IMG/VR virus record: IMGVR_UViG_3300002334_000064
Coordinates: 4,319-68,318 of that record
Source of the DNA: a virus
Length of the DNA stretch: 64,000 nt
Reading direction: 5' to 3' (one strand)
The notes under the pieces are model-generated. The model was not told the origin of the DNA and made no database searches. It was given only the letters and a program-made list of their open reading frames with translations. This document shows positions 9,695 through 18,911 of this stretch, piece after piece. A program made the translations under genes and the position numbers. Position 1 is the stretch's first letter, and every line of letters starts with the position of its first letter.

Positions 9695-9922
9695 TCAGAT
9701 GACAGAGATAACGAACCAGTACGTTCTCACAATCAAGAGAAAAGACAAAGAGAAGACAGGTTGTTTCTCTGTAGCCATCATCTGAGAGGTGCATCAAATA
9801 CCGATGCATGTGCTACTATGGGTGGTCCTGCAAACATCTATTGAAAGTGCATACGCATGTTTCCACAATTCACAAACGATGACGGATACGTAAAGATTGA
9901 TCTATCCTCAGAAGAGATAGAA

Positions 9923-10339
9923 ATGGGCAAGTACAAACTACAAGATGATTGGGTTCTCATCCGTCGAGACGACGACAGTACTCAGTACGGGGAGATTATC
10001 ATCGTTGTAAATAAGACGAGAAAGAACCGAGCGGTTACCGGCGTTGTTGTGCAAACGGGTGAATGTATTCAGGTGACAAAATCGAAAGAAGGAATGAATG
10101 GCGCTGAAAGATGCGGCGTCAAAGGTAAATTCATAGTGAAGTCCGGCGATGGTGTTTTGTTCCATGCTCTAGCCGGACATGACATGTTGACGAATGACGG
10201 TGTGCGATACGTTCAATGCACAGAGCACGACATTCATTTGGTGTTTGAAAACTCAGAAGACAGGTTTGAAGTTGAGCGTATGAAGACAAAGAAGCGGGAA
10301 CCCCTCACGACGAAGCACGTTGAGAAAGTCCGCAAGTAA
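9923..10339 (+). CDS. groES: GroES/Cpn10-like co-chaperonin
   Basis: LQDDWVLIRR, GEIIIV, GVVVQTGE, VKSGDGVLF, DGVRY..EHDI pattern. Confidence 0.8.
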   Translation: MGKYKLQDDWVLIRRDDDSTQYGEIIIVVNKTRKNRAVTGVVVQTGECIQVTKSKEGMNGAERCGVKGKFIVKSGDGVLFHALAGHDMLTNDGVRYVQCTEHDIHLVFENSEDRFEVERMKTKKREPLTTKHVEKVRK

Positions 10340-10379
10340 GCAACCATCAAATCGTAAAATACATTTGGAGAACAGAACA

Positions 10380-12509
10380 TTGACTACAATGAATACAGGT
10401 ACGGTCGGAACAACACGAGCACCAAAGCGGAAACCAACCGCAAGAGCACAAGTGTTGATGGCCCGGACGTATTGCCGCCCATTAGACAATCAAGACGGAA
10501 AAGAAGTGTTCGAGACGTGGGGTGAAACGGTTGACAGAACAATCTCACACCAACGATGGTTATGGGAAAGAGCGAAGGGATCATCGCTCACAAGAGGACA
10601 ACGAGAAGAACTGTATGAGTTGCGAGAGATTCAGCACGAGAGGTTGGGGCTGCTCTCAGGCAGAACGCTTTGGTTAGGCGGGACCGAGGTAGCACGCACG
10701 CGAGAAGCCTCACAATTTAATTGTGCGTTCACGGTGCTCCAAACGGTTTACGATATGGTTGACCTGTACTGGTTGCTTCTCCAAGGATCAGGCGTAGGGT
10801 TCCGCACAAAGGTCGGTAGCCTCTTTGGATTCGCCAAGTACATACCAGAGCTAGAAGTGATCCGTTCAACCCGTAAGGCTAAGGGCGGGCGTAAATCAAA
10901 CAACGAGTGGTTCGATACTGATACAGGTATCTGGACGATCCAGATTGGTGACTCTTCTGAATCATGGGCCAAGGCGCTCGGGAAGCTCGTATCACACAAG
11001 CATGCGAACGTTCAGAAGCTCGTCCTAGACTTCACGCATATCCGAGCGAAGGGCGCAAGGCTCTCGCGGTACGGATGGCAATCATGCGGGGACGAGAAGA
11101 TCGCCAGAGCATTCAAAGAAGTCTTTACGATTATGAATAACAAGGCTGACCAGATGCTCAGCCACCAGAACATCCACGATATAGCGAACCTGTGCGGAAC
11201 AACGCTATCGAATAGACGCGCTGCTGAACTGTCGTTGTTCTATTACGGTGAAGATGGTTGGGAAGACTTCGCAAACTGTAAAACAACGGTCTACAACGAA
11301 GACTTTGGGCCGGGCGAACACTGGTGGCGTGATATGTCCAACAACACGCTTTGCCATAGGACGAAACCGACAAAGCACCAGATACGCAATCAATTACTGA
11401 TGATGGCGAAATCAGGCGGATCGGAACCGGCGTTCCTTAATGAGAAAGAAGCACTGCGCCGAGCACCGTGGTTCAATGGGCCTAATCCGTGCGTCGAAAT
11501 CCTTCTTGCAAACAAGGGCTTCTGCAATCTCGTAACGATCAACCTTGCCGCAAGCGGTCACAGGAATGGCGAATGGTTTAATAGGCTGCTGAGAACCATA
11601 TACATCATGGCGAGAGCGAACTACAGACAGACGTGTGTAGACTTGCGTGATGGGATACTGCAACGGGCATGGCATGACAATAACCAGATGCTAAGGCTTT
11701 GCGGCGTATCGCTTGCGGGGATAGCTCAGCGAACGGACATAACAGCCGAGCAATGGCAGGAGCTAGCACAAGCCGCGAGGTTTGGCGCTAACGAGATGGC
11801 CGACGATCTAGGACTACCGAGACCGAAGAACGTGACGTGCGGTAAACCGGAAGGAACAGCCGCAAAGATCATGGGTTCGACGGTTGACGGTGAGACGTGT
11901 TCGGGTATCCATAATGCTTTAGGACGGTTTGAATTCAACAAGGTCAACTTCGGATCAGATGACCCGATACTTTCGGTTTTATTCGATGCGGGATACAAGG
12001 TAGACAAGCACCCCACAGATCCCCACACGGCACAGGTGACGTTCCCCGTTGACTATGGGGAAAGTGTGCCCGGTGTGGTCCACGAGAGTGCAGTAGAGCA
12101 ACTAGAGCGATACAAAGGGATGATGACCAATTGGTGTGACCAGAATATGAGTTGCACCATCTATTGGACCCCGCCCGGAATGAATCCGATAAATGGAGTG
12201 GACCAGCACTACCATCCGGGCGAGCTTGACGAGATCACCAGTTGGTTAGATGAGAACTGGGATACGATGGTAGCGGTGAGTTTCCTACCCCGTCAGAACG
12301 TGGAAGACTTGACGAAGCCCGAAAAACAGGTGTGTCAGGAAAAAGGTTACGCATATTTGCCGATTCGTATCGTATCTGAGACCGAGTACCGGCAATATAC
12401 AGAGAGGCTGAAACCGATTGATGAGAGCCTGCTATCTGGATCGACTGTACTAACTGTCGAAGCGGATGATGAACAAGGTTGCGATACGGGCGTTTGTCCT
12501 GTAAAGTGA
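10380..12509 (+). CDS. nrdJ: Class II (B12-dependent, monomeric RTPR-type) ribonucleotide reductase
   Basis: RTYCR..ETW, FNCAF, GSGVGF, NRRAAE, NPCVEI, GFCNL, KPEGT and C-terminal CDTGVCPVK redox pair. Confidence 0.93.
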   Translation: MTTMNTGTVGTTRAPKRKPTARAQVLMARTYCRPLDNQDGKEVFETWGETVDRTISHQRWLWERAKGSSLTRGQREELYELREIQHERLGLLSGRTLWLGGTEVARTREASQFNCAFTVLQTVYDMVDLYWLLLQGSGVGFRTKVGSLFGFAKYIPELEVIRSTRKAKGGRKSNNEWFDTDTGIWTIQIGDSSESWAKALGKLVSHKHANVQKLVLDFTHIRAKGARLSRYGWQSCGDEKIARAFKEVFTIMNNKADQMLSHQNIHDIANLCGTTLSNRRAAELSLFYYGEDGWEDFANCKTTVYNEDFGPGEHWWRDMSNNTLCHRTKPTKHQIRNQLLMMAKSGGSEPAFLNEKEALRRAPWFNGPNPCVEILLANKGFCNLVTINLAASGHRNGEWFNRLLRTIYIMARANYRQTCVDLRDGILQRAWHDNNQMLRLCGVSLAGIAQRTDITAEQWQELAQAARFGANEMADDLGLPRPKNVTCGKPEGTAAKIMGSTVDGETCSGIHNALGRFEFNKVNFGSDDPILSVLFDAGYKVDKHPTDPHTAQVTFPVDYGESVPGVVHESAVEQLERYKGMMTNWCDQNMSCTIYWTPPGMNPINGVDQHYHPGELDEITSWLDENWDTMVAVSFLPRQNVEDLTKPEKQVCQEKGYAYLPIRIVSETEYRQYTERLKPIDESLLSGSTVLTVEADDEQGCDTGVCPVK

Positions 12510-12518
12510 TGTTATAAT
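12510..12518 (+). promoter_or_regulatory. Extended -10 promoter (TGTTATAAT)
   Basis: Perfect TGnTATAAT immediately after the nrdJ stop, upstream of a two-hairpin element. Confidence 0.65.
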
Positions 12519-12523
12519 CATGC

Positions 12524-12628
12524 CCAACTTCTGACTCGGGTTGAGTACCCATTCTCCCCGAGTCCGTCGCAACGCCGGTTAGCAGTTTTCAGATGGTCCC
12601 AGCCGTTTAACTGCTAACCGGTTTTTTC
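12524..12628 (+). ncRNA. Candidate two-loop antisense small RNA
   Basis: Stem GACTCGGG/CCCGAGTC (12533-12564), 13-bp stem CCGGTTAGCAGTT/AACTGCTAACCGG (12575-12621) with a 21-nt loop, then T6; loops complementary to phage leader boxes. Confidence 0.65.
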
Positions 12629-12629
12629 A

Positions 12630-13121
12630 TTGAGTGACGAACAACAGAACAAAGGAATTGAAAAGATGTTTGCTACAACCAAGGACGGCAAGAAGGTAAG
12701 AAGCGGGGTTGAAGTCTATTGCCCTGTATGGGTGCTGTTGCAATGCACACCGGGCGAATTCCCCAACAAGAGAAAGCCGCTCTACTCGAAAAGAGATCGG
12801 TCTAAGAATGAACGTATGAGACCAAAGAAGTTCCATCTGATAATTGCGGCTGGCAATTGCGTTGTAGATGACAGTTGGCGCGGTAACGGGTACATCGGAG
12901 CTGGATTATCTGGCGTATCCACAAGTTCAATCGCCTCAAAGCTGAGAGTACCGATGAGTTCGTGCTATGAGGATTACTCTGTTCTGAACGATTTGGTGTG
13001 TAATCCTTCGTTCATGGGAGAGATTGGGAAGCCGCACATCGTGCTAGGCGAGATCATGGAGCCGGACCTACAACACAGTACTAAGTACCTGTTGCAGGTT
13101 GACCGGTCACAAGGGTTTTAA
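12630..13121 (+). CDS. Hypothetical protein (TKDG..V..G..V family)
   Basis: TTKDGKKVRSGVEVY resembles the repeats in the ORF at 15710. Confidence 0.6.
   Translation: MSDEQQNKGIEKMFATTKDGKKVRSGVEVYCPVWVLLQCTPGEFPNKRKPLYSKRDRSKNERMRPKKFHLIIAAGNCVVDDSWRGNGYIGAGLSGVSTSSIASKLRVPMSSCYEDYSVLNDLVCNPSFMGEIGKPHIVLGEIMEPDLQHSTKYLLQVDRSQGF
12842..12858. repeat. 17-bp palindrome variant (AATTGCGGCTGGCAATT), inside a CDS
   Basis: One mismatch to consensus. Confidence 0.8.
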
Positions 13122-13139
13122 TTAATTGAAAAGGAGCAG

Positions 13140-13415
13140 TTGATGAGTAGTGAACTATCAGGACAGATTCAAACAACACGTGGTTTATTGAAAGATCGAC
13201 CGGGTGGGTTTAACGAAACAGATAAGAAAGAGATGTTTCGCGCGTTGGATCGTTGGTTTGATCTTGCGAAAGAGATCGAAGAGAGGATTCGGGTTGCGGA
13301 GGATAAATTGAGAGACATAGAAAGTTACAAACCGGCAGAGCGTAAGAGAGTTGGTGATGCGTGGATAGATGACGTACAAAACGTGAGTGAATCAGGAGAC
13401 ATTAGCAATGCTTGA
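13140..13415 (+). CDS. Hypothetical protein
   Basis: AGGAG ribosome-binding site; coiled-coil-like. Confidence 0.65.
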   Translation: MMSSELSGQIQTTRGLLKDRPGGFNETDKKEMFRALDRWFDLAKEIEERIRVAEDKLRDIESYKPAERKRVGDAWIDDVQNVSESGDISNA

Positions 13416-13791
13416 TGATGGAACAGATGAGCCGAGAGAACTGAGAGACGTGATATTTAATCTAGGCGATCACACAACACACAAAGATAGACCGTTTACA
13501 GGGCAGCCGCATACAGATCAAGGATTGCGCGGCAAACAAGAAGTGTCCGGTATACGGTTTCGAGACGTTGCCGATTGCATTGTGCGTGCGATGATCTACG
13601 GTAACAAAGACGCAACCGATGAAATGCGTAGGCGTGCCGATGACGGTACATTGAACTACAACGATGTTTATGATTTAGATTTTTCAGGCATTGATCCGAT
13701 TGCGATTGTACAGAATGCGATGTGTGAGATTGAGAAAATGATGGGTATATATCCGAATATCCCAGAACCAAAAGAAGGCGATGAAAAGTGA
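13408..13791 (+). CDS. Hypothetical phage protein
   Basis: AGGAG ribosome-binding site before the ATG at 13408. Confidence 0.7.
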   Translation: MLDDGTDEPRELRDVIFNLGDHTTHKDRPFTGQPHTDQGLRGKQEVSGIRFRDVADCIVRAMIYGNKDATDEMRRRADDGTLNYNDVYDLDFSGIDPIAIVQNAMCEIEKMMGIYPNIPEPKEGDEK

Positions 13792-14261
13792 TATACGATC
13801 AATTCAGCGGAATACTTACGTTGGCTTGCATGGTGGCTTGTTTGGTGTTTGGTGTTGCTTTGATGGCGAATTGGTTTGATTGGTTTCGACCGCGAAAAGA
13901 CAAGGAGGATGAAAAGAAAGACGGATATTTCACACCCATCATGGAACTGTACAAAGATGGTAATACGTCCATCCCCATCGGTGTACCGTTAGTATGTGTT
14001 GGCGGAGCGACAACCGAAGAACTACAAGAAGTGTTACGCCGTATGATGGATGCATCTGATTCGGACGGTATCTCAATCCCTTGCGGAGTGACAACCGAAG
14101 AGTTACAAGAAGAGTTACGCCGCATGATGGAACTTCTCAAGTGGGTGCGTCAAGAATCTCTTGATGCCGGTGCTCGTAACGATAAAGAGTCGCATCGTGC
14201 GTGTCTTGCGATACACACAAGGGTTTCAGATACGATTAGAAAAATAGAAAGAGGCGAATGA
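13788..14261 (+). CDS. Membrane protein with internal 27-aa duplication
   Basis: N-terminal TM; GATTEELQEVLRRMM / GVTTEELQEELRRMM. Confidence 0.65.
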   Translation: MIYDQFSGILTLACMVACLVFGVALMANWFDWFRPRKDKEDEKKDGYFTPIMELYKDGNTSIPIGVPLVCVGGATTEELQEVLRRMMDASDSDGISIPCGVTTEELQEELRRMMELLKWVRQESLDAGARNDKESHRACLAIHTRVSDTIRKIERGE

Positions 14262-14656
14262 TGTTGTGGTATGCGTTAGCGATTTTGTGTCTGTGCTTGA
14301 TTGTGTATCTAGGCGTAATTTTTTTGAAATGGTTGGGTGCTTTATCTAGGAACGTTTCACGTCTGATTGAAAGGGACAAAGCACACGAGGAAGCCATACG
14401 GGGATTGTTGGATGCCGGGAAAGACAATGCGGTGATGATGGGTTTACTCAACAGTCAAACCCTAGACATCATTAAGCGATTGGAATCGGTCGAAGGAAAA
14501 GTTGATGTCCTTGAATACAAAGTCGATTTAGGCGGCGAGTCATTTGATGATTGGGTTCAAGAGATAGGTCTACTCATGTCGAAGATAGGCGTGGTTGAAT
14601 CTCGGATATCGCACATTGAGAGCGACCTTGATTCTGACGTGTCTCCAAACGGCTAG
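14258..14656 (+). CDS. Membrane-anchored coiled-coil protein
   Basis: N-terminal TM followed by a heptad pattern. Confidence 0.65.
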   Translation: MMLWYALAILCLCLIVYLGVIFLKWLGALSRNVSRLIERDKAHEEAIRGLLDAGKDNAVMMGLLNSQTLDIIKRLESVEGKVDVLEYKVDLGGESFDDWVQEIGLLMSKIGVVESRISHIESDLDSDVSPNG

Positions 14657-14742
14657 ATCGAGACATGTAAGGGAATGGGCACCAATTCGTCAAGAAAACG
14701 TGTAGGATGCCCGATGAATGGATAAGTTGGCGTTCGGTGTAG

Positions 14743-15417
14743 ATGACTCTACAATACCCATGCGGGCGAACGTATGTTTTAGTTGGCACCGAAAGGATCG
14801 AGAAAATGGGACTCACACAATCTGAAATCAGGCGCGAGAATTTATACAAGTTGTGCCTTGTAAAGATGGCAGAGAGCAACACGACGGAAGAAACTGCTTT
14901 AAATCCTAAAGTGCTTGAAGCTTTGTCTGAAGACTTTACACTTGATGAATATGTTGCGGCGCTAGAAGATTTACATCAAATGGCATCTTTCGGTATCTGG
15001 CGAGGCGTGCATTCGTGGAACCTAGATGGTGATAACAATCTTGTTATCGTCTACAACTATTGGATTCCCAACAAAGAAAAGAAGACCGATCACATCGATA
15101 CCGCGATGATCGAGGGTGTGGTTAAAAATGCTTCACAAGAATTACTTGGCGTCCTTGAAAATATGAATGTGGTTATGAAACGAATCATTGAAGAACGAGA
15201 CAAGGCACGCCAACAGTTAAAAGAGACTCATCTTGAATTGGAAGCGTCACATGTAATCGTGAATCGTTTTATAGATGGTCAGATACATGCTTGGCGTACT
15301 GTTTGCACAAGAGAGAAATCGAATATATCAGACCAATCAAAACTGAGAAATAAGGTGCGGCATACGCTCAATAACCCAAACCCCAACAGTTATTTGATTA
15401 GACCCCACACAAGGTAA
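14743..15417 (+). CDS. Hypothetical protein
   Basis: 224-aa ORF in the co-oriented block. Confidence 0.6.
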   Translation: MTLQYPCGRTYVLVGTERIEKMGLTQSEIRRENLYKLCLVKMAESNTTEETALNPKVLEALSEDFTLDEYVAALEDLHQMASFGIWRGVHSWNLDGDNNLVIVYNYWIPNKEKKTDHIDTAMIEGVVKNASQELLGVLENMNVVMKRIIEERDKARQQLKETHLELEASHVIVNRFIDGQIHAWRTVCTREKSNISDQSKLRNKVRHTLNNPNPNSYLIRPHTR

Positions 15418-15425
15418 AGATTTGT

Positions 15426-15713
15426 ATGACACGCAAGAAAGACCTAAGGCTGAGGCGTAGAGCCGAGAAGCGCCGATGGAAGGACCGAGGTAAGAAGGAT
15501 CGACGCACACAACGCGGCTACCCTTCAACGATCGTCTTCCACGATATCGGGCCGCTCGGTACGGCTGAGGCAGAGCGTGAGTATCAGAGAGGTCGTCACG
15601 GGATAGATTGGCGGGGGTTTGTGACTATTAGCGCGTTCAGGTCACTTGTGAGGGTCACCGGAAGATTGACCAGCAAATTGGGAAGCTTTTTCAGAAGGTA
15701 CGATGACCAATGA
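15426..15713 (+). CDS. Basic hypothetical protein
   Basis: Arg/Lys-rich N-terminus; ATGA overlap with the next gene. Confidence 0.55.
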   Translation: MTRKKDLRLRRRAEKRRWKDRGKKDRRTQRGYPSTIVFHDIGPLGTAEAEREYQRGRHGIDWRGFVTISAFRSLVRVTGRLTSKLGSFFRRYDDQ

Positions 15714-16405
15714 ACGATAAAGAATGTATGGTAGATCAAGAGTTTTTGGAATTGCTCCGAGAACGAAATGAAAAACGGTTTAAAACTGAACTTGAAGGGA
15801 CTTTTGAAATGGGTAACGAAATGGGTAATCCTTGCTTGGATATTGACATTGACACAAGAGACGCGCAATATTCGCGTCGAAGTGCTCAGGTTCAATTTCC
15901 GAAGACGAAAGACGGCGTACAGGTGTTTGCTGGTGACCGCGTGGTGATGCTCCACAACGACAAGTTCTATGGTGCGACGGTGCGAGAGTCACAGGACGAA
16001 TCCTTAAGCAGTCGCGGAGTACAAGCACTTGAGGCGGTAGTGTGTTTTCACAAGGCGTACATGCCCGCGTTAGACGTTTCACAGTTCTATTCGTCAATCG
16101 GGGACGCAACACACGAGAGGAACCGTAGAAGCAATCTACGGTCCTGTGATCGTGTGTACATGACACGTGACGGGTATGACGTGCAAGAGGGCGATATCGT
16201 CTTTGTTTGCGTAAGTGTGAACTACAACAACCGCACAATGCCGAACGGTGAGATTGATAACGGTATCCGTGCGTGTACTGTACGCCGCAATACGGAGTGC
16301 GAGGGTGGCGCGTGCGTTCAAGTGGACAACGTGCAAATAATCGCAATCTCTCAGGTTGAGGCGGACGTTGCGAATCTGATTCTTCGATTTAAAATAGGTT
16401 CATAA
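15710..16405 (+). CDS. Hypothetical protein with two SH3/KOW-like TKDG repeats
   Basis: KTKDGVQVFAGDRV and MTRDGYDVQEGDIV. Confidence 0.65.
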   Translation: MNDKECMVDQEFLELLRERNEKRFKTELEGTFEMGNEMGNPCLDIDIDTRDAQYSRRSAQVQFPKTKDGVQVFAGDRVVMLHNDKFYGATVRESQDESLSSRGVQALEAVVCFHKAYMPALDVSQFYSSIGDATHERNRRSNLRSCDRVYMTRDGYDVQEGDIVFVCVSVNYNNRTMPNGEIDNGIRACTVRRNTECEGGACVQVDNVQIIAISQVEADVANLILRFKIGS

Positions 16406-16412
16406 TCTTCAT

Positions 16413-16429
16413 AATTGCGAGCCGCAATT
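16413..16429. repeat. 17-bp palindrome copy, intergenic
   Basis: Exact consensus. Confidence 0.95.
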
Positions 16430-16455
16430 CAAAATCTCAAGGTCAATATACAGGT

Positions 16456-16722
16456 ATGAACGAAGAACAAACCAATCGTGATATGGAATTGAACTACAGG
16501 GAATGGCAAACCAGACGAGAGAACCGCAAGCGGGTATTTCAAAAGGTCACGGACTCGTGCAAAGGAACACAGAATGCAGTTTCTCATCTAGTCACGACGA
16601 TCGGCGGAATGAGTAAATCGATACGTGATTTCTCTCTAGCCGTTGAAGGGATCGCGTTGGATCAAAAGAACTTCTACCTTCCGGTAAGGTCGGTAGTGTC
16701 TAAGATTGTCGGTCGCAGATAA
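16456..16722 (+). CDS. Hypothetical protein
   Basis: 88-aa ORF. Confidence 0.55.
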   Translation: MNEEQTNRDMELNYREWQTRRENRKRVFQKVTDSCKGTQNAVSHLVTTIGGMSKSIRDFSLAVEGIALDQKNFYLPVRSVVSKIVGRR

Positions 16723-16817
16723 CAGGTAGGGGTGTGAGTGGTGTACGCGGCTTTTTGTTCTGAGTCGTTCCGTGAAAGCGGGTCACATCCCTACCTTTCA
16801 ATACAAGGACGAATGAA

Positions 16818-17033
16818 TTGTTGCGTTTCAATGGGTCTATAATCGAGCGCAAGCCGTGCCCTACGTGTGACGGTAAAGGATCGGTGCCTTGCCCTACAAC
16901 GTATAGCGTGCGAACACAGAACGATCTAGGGCCGTTCCCTCAAGCGAGCGACGGATACCCGATACCTTGCCCCGAATGCGATGGCAAGAAAACAGTTGTA
17001 AATGGGAATGATTCAAAGGTAGAGCAAGAATGA
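16818..17033 (+). CDS. Small DnaJ-type zinc-finger protein
   Basis: CPTCDGKG and CPECDGK repeats. Confidence 0.6.
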   Translation: MLRFNGSIIERKPCPTCDGKGSVPCPTTYSVRTQNDLGPFPQASDGYPIPCPECDGKKTVVNGNDSKVEQE

Positions 17034-17347
17034 AACGCGACCAAGAGAAAGCAATCGTTCAGAAGTTCATCGTGTACCGAATCCTCTTCTGTCGCATATA
17101 CGGTGAAGGGACGCATCCGAGTACGTACAAGATTGTCGGCATGGGTCACGGCACGCTATGGGTAACGGTCAGTGCGAACCTTGCACGCGAGACGTTCCGC
17201 AAACAACTTGTATCCGATATGCTGAAGATGAACGTGACGCGAGAGATTCTAAAACAGGTGTGGCCGAAAGTGTGTTGCGGTGAAAAGAACATCGCAAAGA
17301 CCGCCAAGGAATTCGTACGCGCCATCAAAGAAGTTGAGGACATGTAG
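17030..17347 (+). CDS. Hypothetical protein
   Basis: ATGA overlap with the upstream gene. Confidence 0.6.
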   Translation: MKRDQEKAIVQKFIVYRILFCRIYGEGTHPSTYKIVGMGHGTLWVTVSANLARETFRKQLVSDMLKMNVTREILKQVWPKVCCGEKNIAKTAKEFVRAIKEVEDM

Positions 17348-17641
17348 ATGATTTATATTCAAGCGAGCCGGATTGTTATCTGTATTTCTTCTATCGCAGT
17401 CCTAGTGCTGATTGGTGCTTCTATTTTTGCCATCGCAGACGGATTTCGGGACGCGCAAAACAACAAGCACTTAGAATCAAATACTCTTGTGACTGTCGAG
17501 ATTGAATCGGGTGACGTGCGCGAGTACGAAAACCTGCGATTGAAAGTGAGTACATACCGTGAGTTCAGATATCAGAATGGTGATACAGTGTTCTTCCCGA
17601 TGAATGCGACGATTACGATTACCAAACAAGAGATTGAGTAG
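17348..17641 (+). CDS. Membrane-anchored hypothetical protein
   Basis: N-terminal TM; GAGG ribosome-binding site. Confidence 0.6.
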   Translation: MIYIQASRIVICISSIAVLVLIGASIFAIADGFRDAQNNKHLESNTLVTVEIESGDVREYENLRLKVSTYREFRYQNGDTVFFPMNATITITKQEIE

Positions 17642-18775
17642 ATGACAAAGAACAGATGCAGGGTATTTCGCGGGGATTGCGTAAACCTTGCGTCCAGACT
17701 GCCGGACAACTACGTACACAGTATCGTGACCGATCCGCCCTACGGCATAAAGTTCATGGGGAAAGATTGGGATGGTCCGGGCGGCGTAGCTTTCCAAAAA
17801 GAGACTTGGGAAGAGTTCTTAAGGGTTCTAAAGCCCGGCGGTCACGTGCTCGCGTTCGGCGGAACAAGAATGCATCATCGGTTGATGGTTGCGATTGAAG
17901 ATACCGGGTTTGAGATACGCGATTGTTTGATGTGGTTGTATGGCTCGGGCTTCCCTAAGTCTCACAACGTCAGTAAAGGGATTGACAAAGCGGCGGGGGC
18001 AACCGGAACGAGAGGTTCGCTAAAAAGAGGCGGGGATCGATTAGCGAGTCTTGAAAATGGCAAGCGAGACGGCAAAGGACGATGGGGAGATGAGGTAGGG
18101 AGGAACCCTTATACTACAATTCCCGCAACCGATGCCGCAAAACAATGGGACGGATGGGGCACCGCACTAAAGCCAGCATGGGAACCGATCGTACTCGCCC
18201 GTAAACCGTTCAATGGCACCGTTGCAAAGAACGTACAAGAGCATGGTACGGGCGCAATGAACATTGACGGGTGTAGGGTTGGGACGGATGATAGTCTTGG
18301 TGGTGGAGCCACTAAGGGGAAAACAGTTTGTTCTCATAACGGGGAGGCTTGGGATCGGCCTTGGAAACATAATGATGATGCGAGGGAATCCCACGCATCC
18401 AGAGTTAGAGACAACGTAGTAAAAGCCGAAATGCTTGGCCGCTGGCCCGCAAACCTAATACTTGATGGGGAAGCTGGTGCAATACTTGATGAATCTGTAA
18501 AAGAATCACCATCCCGGTTCTTCTACTGCCCAAAGACGAATAAAAAAGAACGCAATCTAAATGGGTGTGACAACAGACACCCGACCGTTAAGCCGACAGA
18601 GCTTATGCGGTATCTCGTGCGACTCATCACGCCACCGAACGGAATCGTTCTTGATCCGTTTTGCGGATCGGGTTCAACTGGCCTAGCGTGCCAACGCGAA
18701 AATATGCGCTTCATCGGTTTCGACAAAGACATAGAATCCGTGCAATGGGCACGCAAGAGAATGGGGATAGACTAA
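17642..18775 (+). CDS. DNA N4/N6 methyltransferase (beta class)
   Basis: VTDPPYG catalytic motif before HPTVKP and LDPFCGSGSTG SAM motif. Confidence 0.93.
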   Translation: MTKNRCRVFRGDCVNLASRLPDNYVHSIVTDPPYGIKFMGKDWDGPGGVAFQKETWEEFLRVLKPGGHVLAFGGTRMHHRLMVAIEDTGFEIRDCLMWLYGSGFPKSHNVSKGIDKAAGATGTRGSLKRGGDRLASLENGKRDGKGRWGDEVGRNPYTTIPATDAAKQWDGWGTALKPAWEPIVLARKPFNGTVAKNVQEHGTGAMNIDGCRVGTDDSLGGGATKGKTVCSHNGEAWDRPWKHNDDARESHASRVRDNVVKAEMLGRWPANLILDGEAGAILDESVKESPSRFFYCPKTNKKERNLNGCDNRHPTVKPTELMRYLVRLITPPNGIVLDPFCGSGSTGLACQRENMRFIGFDKDIESVQWARKRMGID

Positions 18776-18911
18776 GACATTTCGCCAATTGTCCGTTTGT
18801 GTATCGTCTAAGGGGTCAGGGTTGCCGCGTACTGTACCGGGCGGCATTGTCCCGGTGATTTGACCCTACGACACCGCAAGCGGTTAGAGAGCCGCACAGG
18901 GCTATCGAATT

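Noticed and set aside
16755-16790. Hammerhead-like CTGA..GAAA..GTC arrangement
   Set aside because: The core reads CTGAGTC rather than CTGANGA, and the stems do not fit hammerhead topology.
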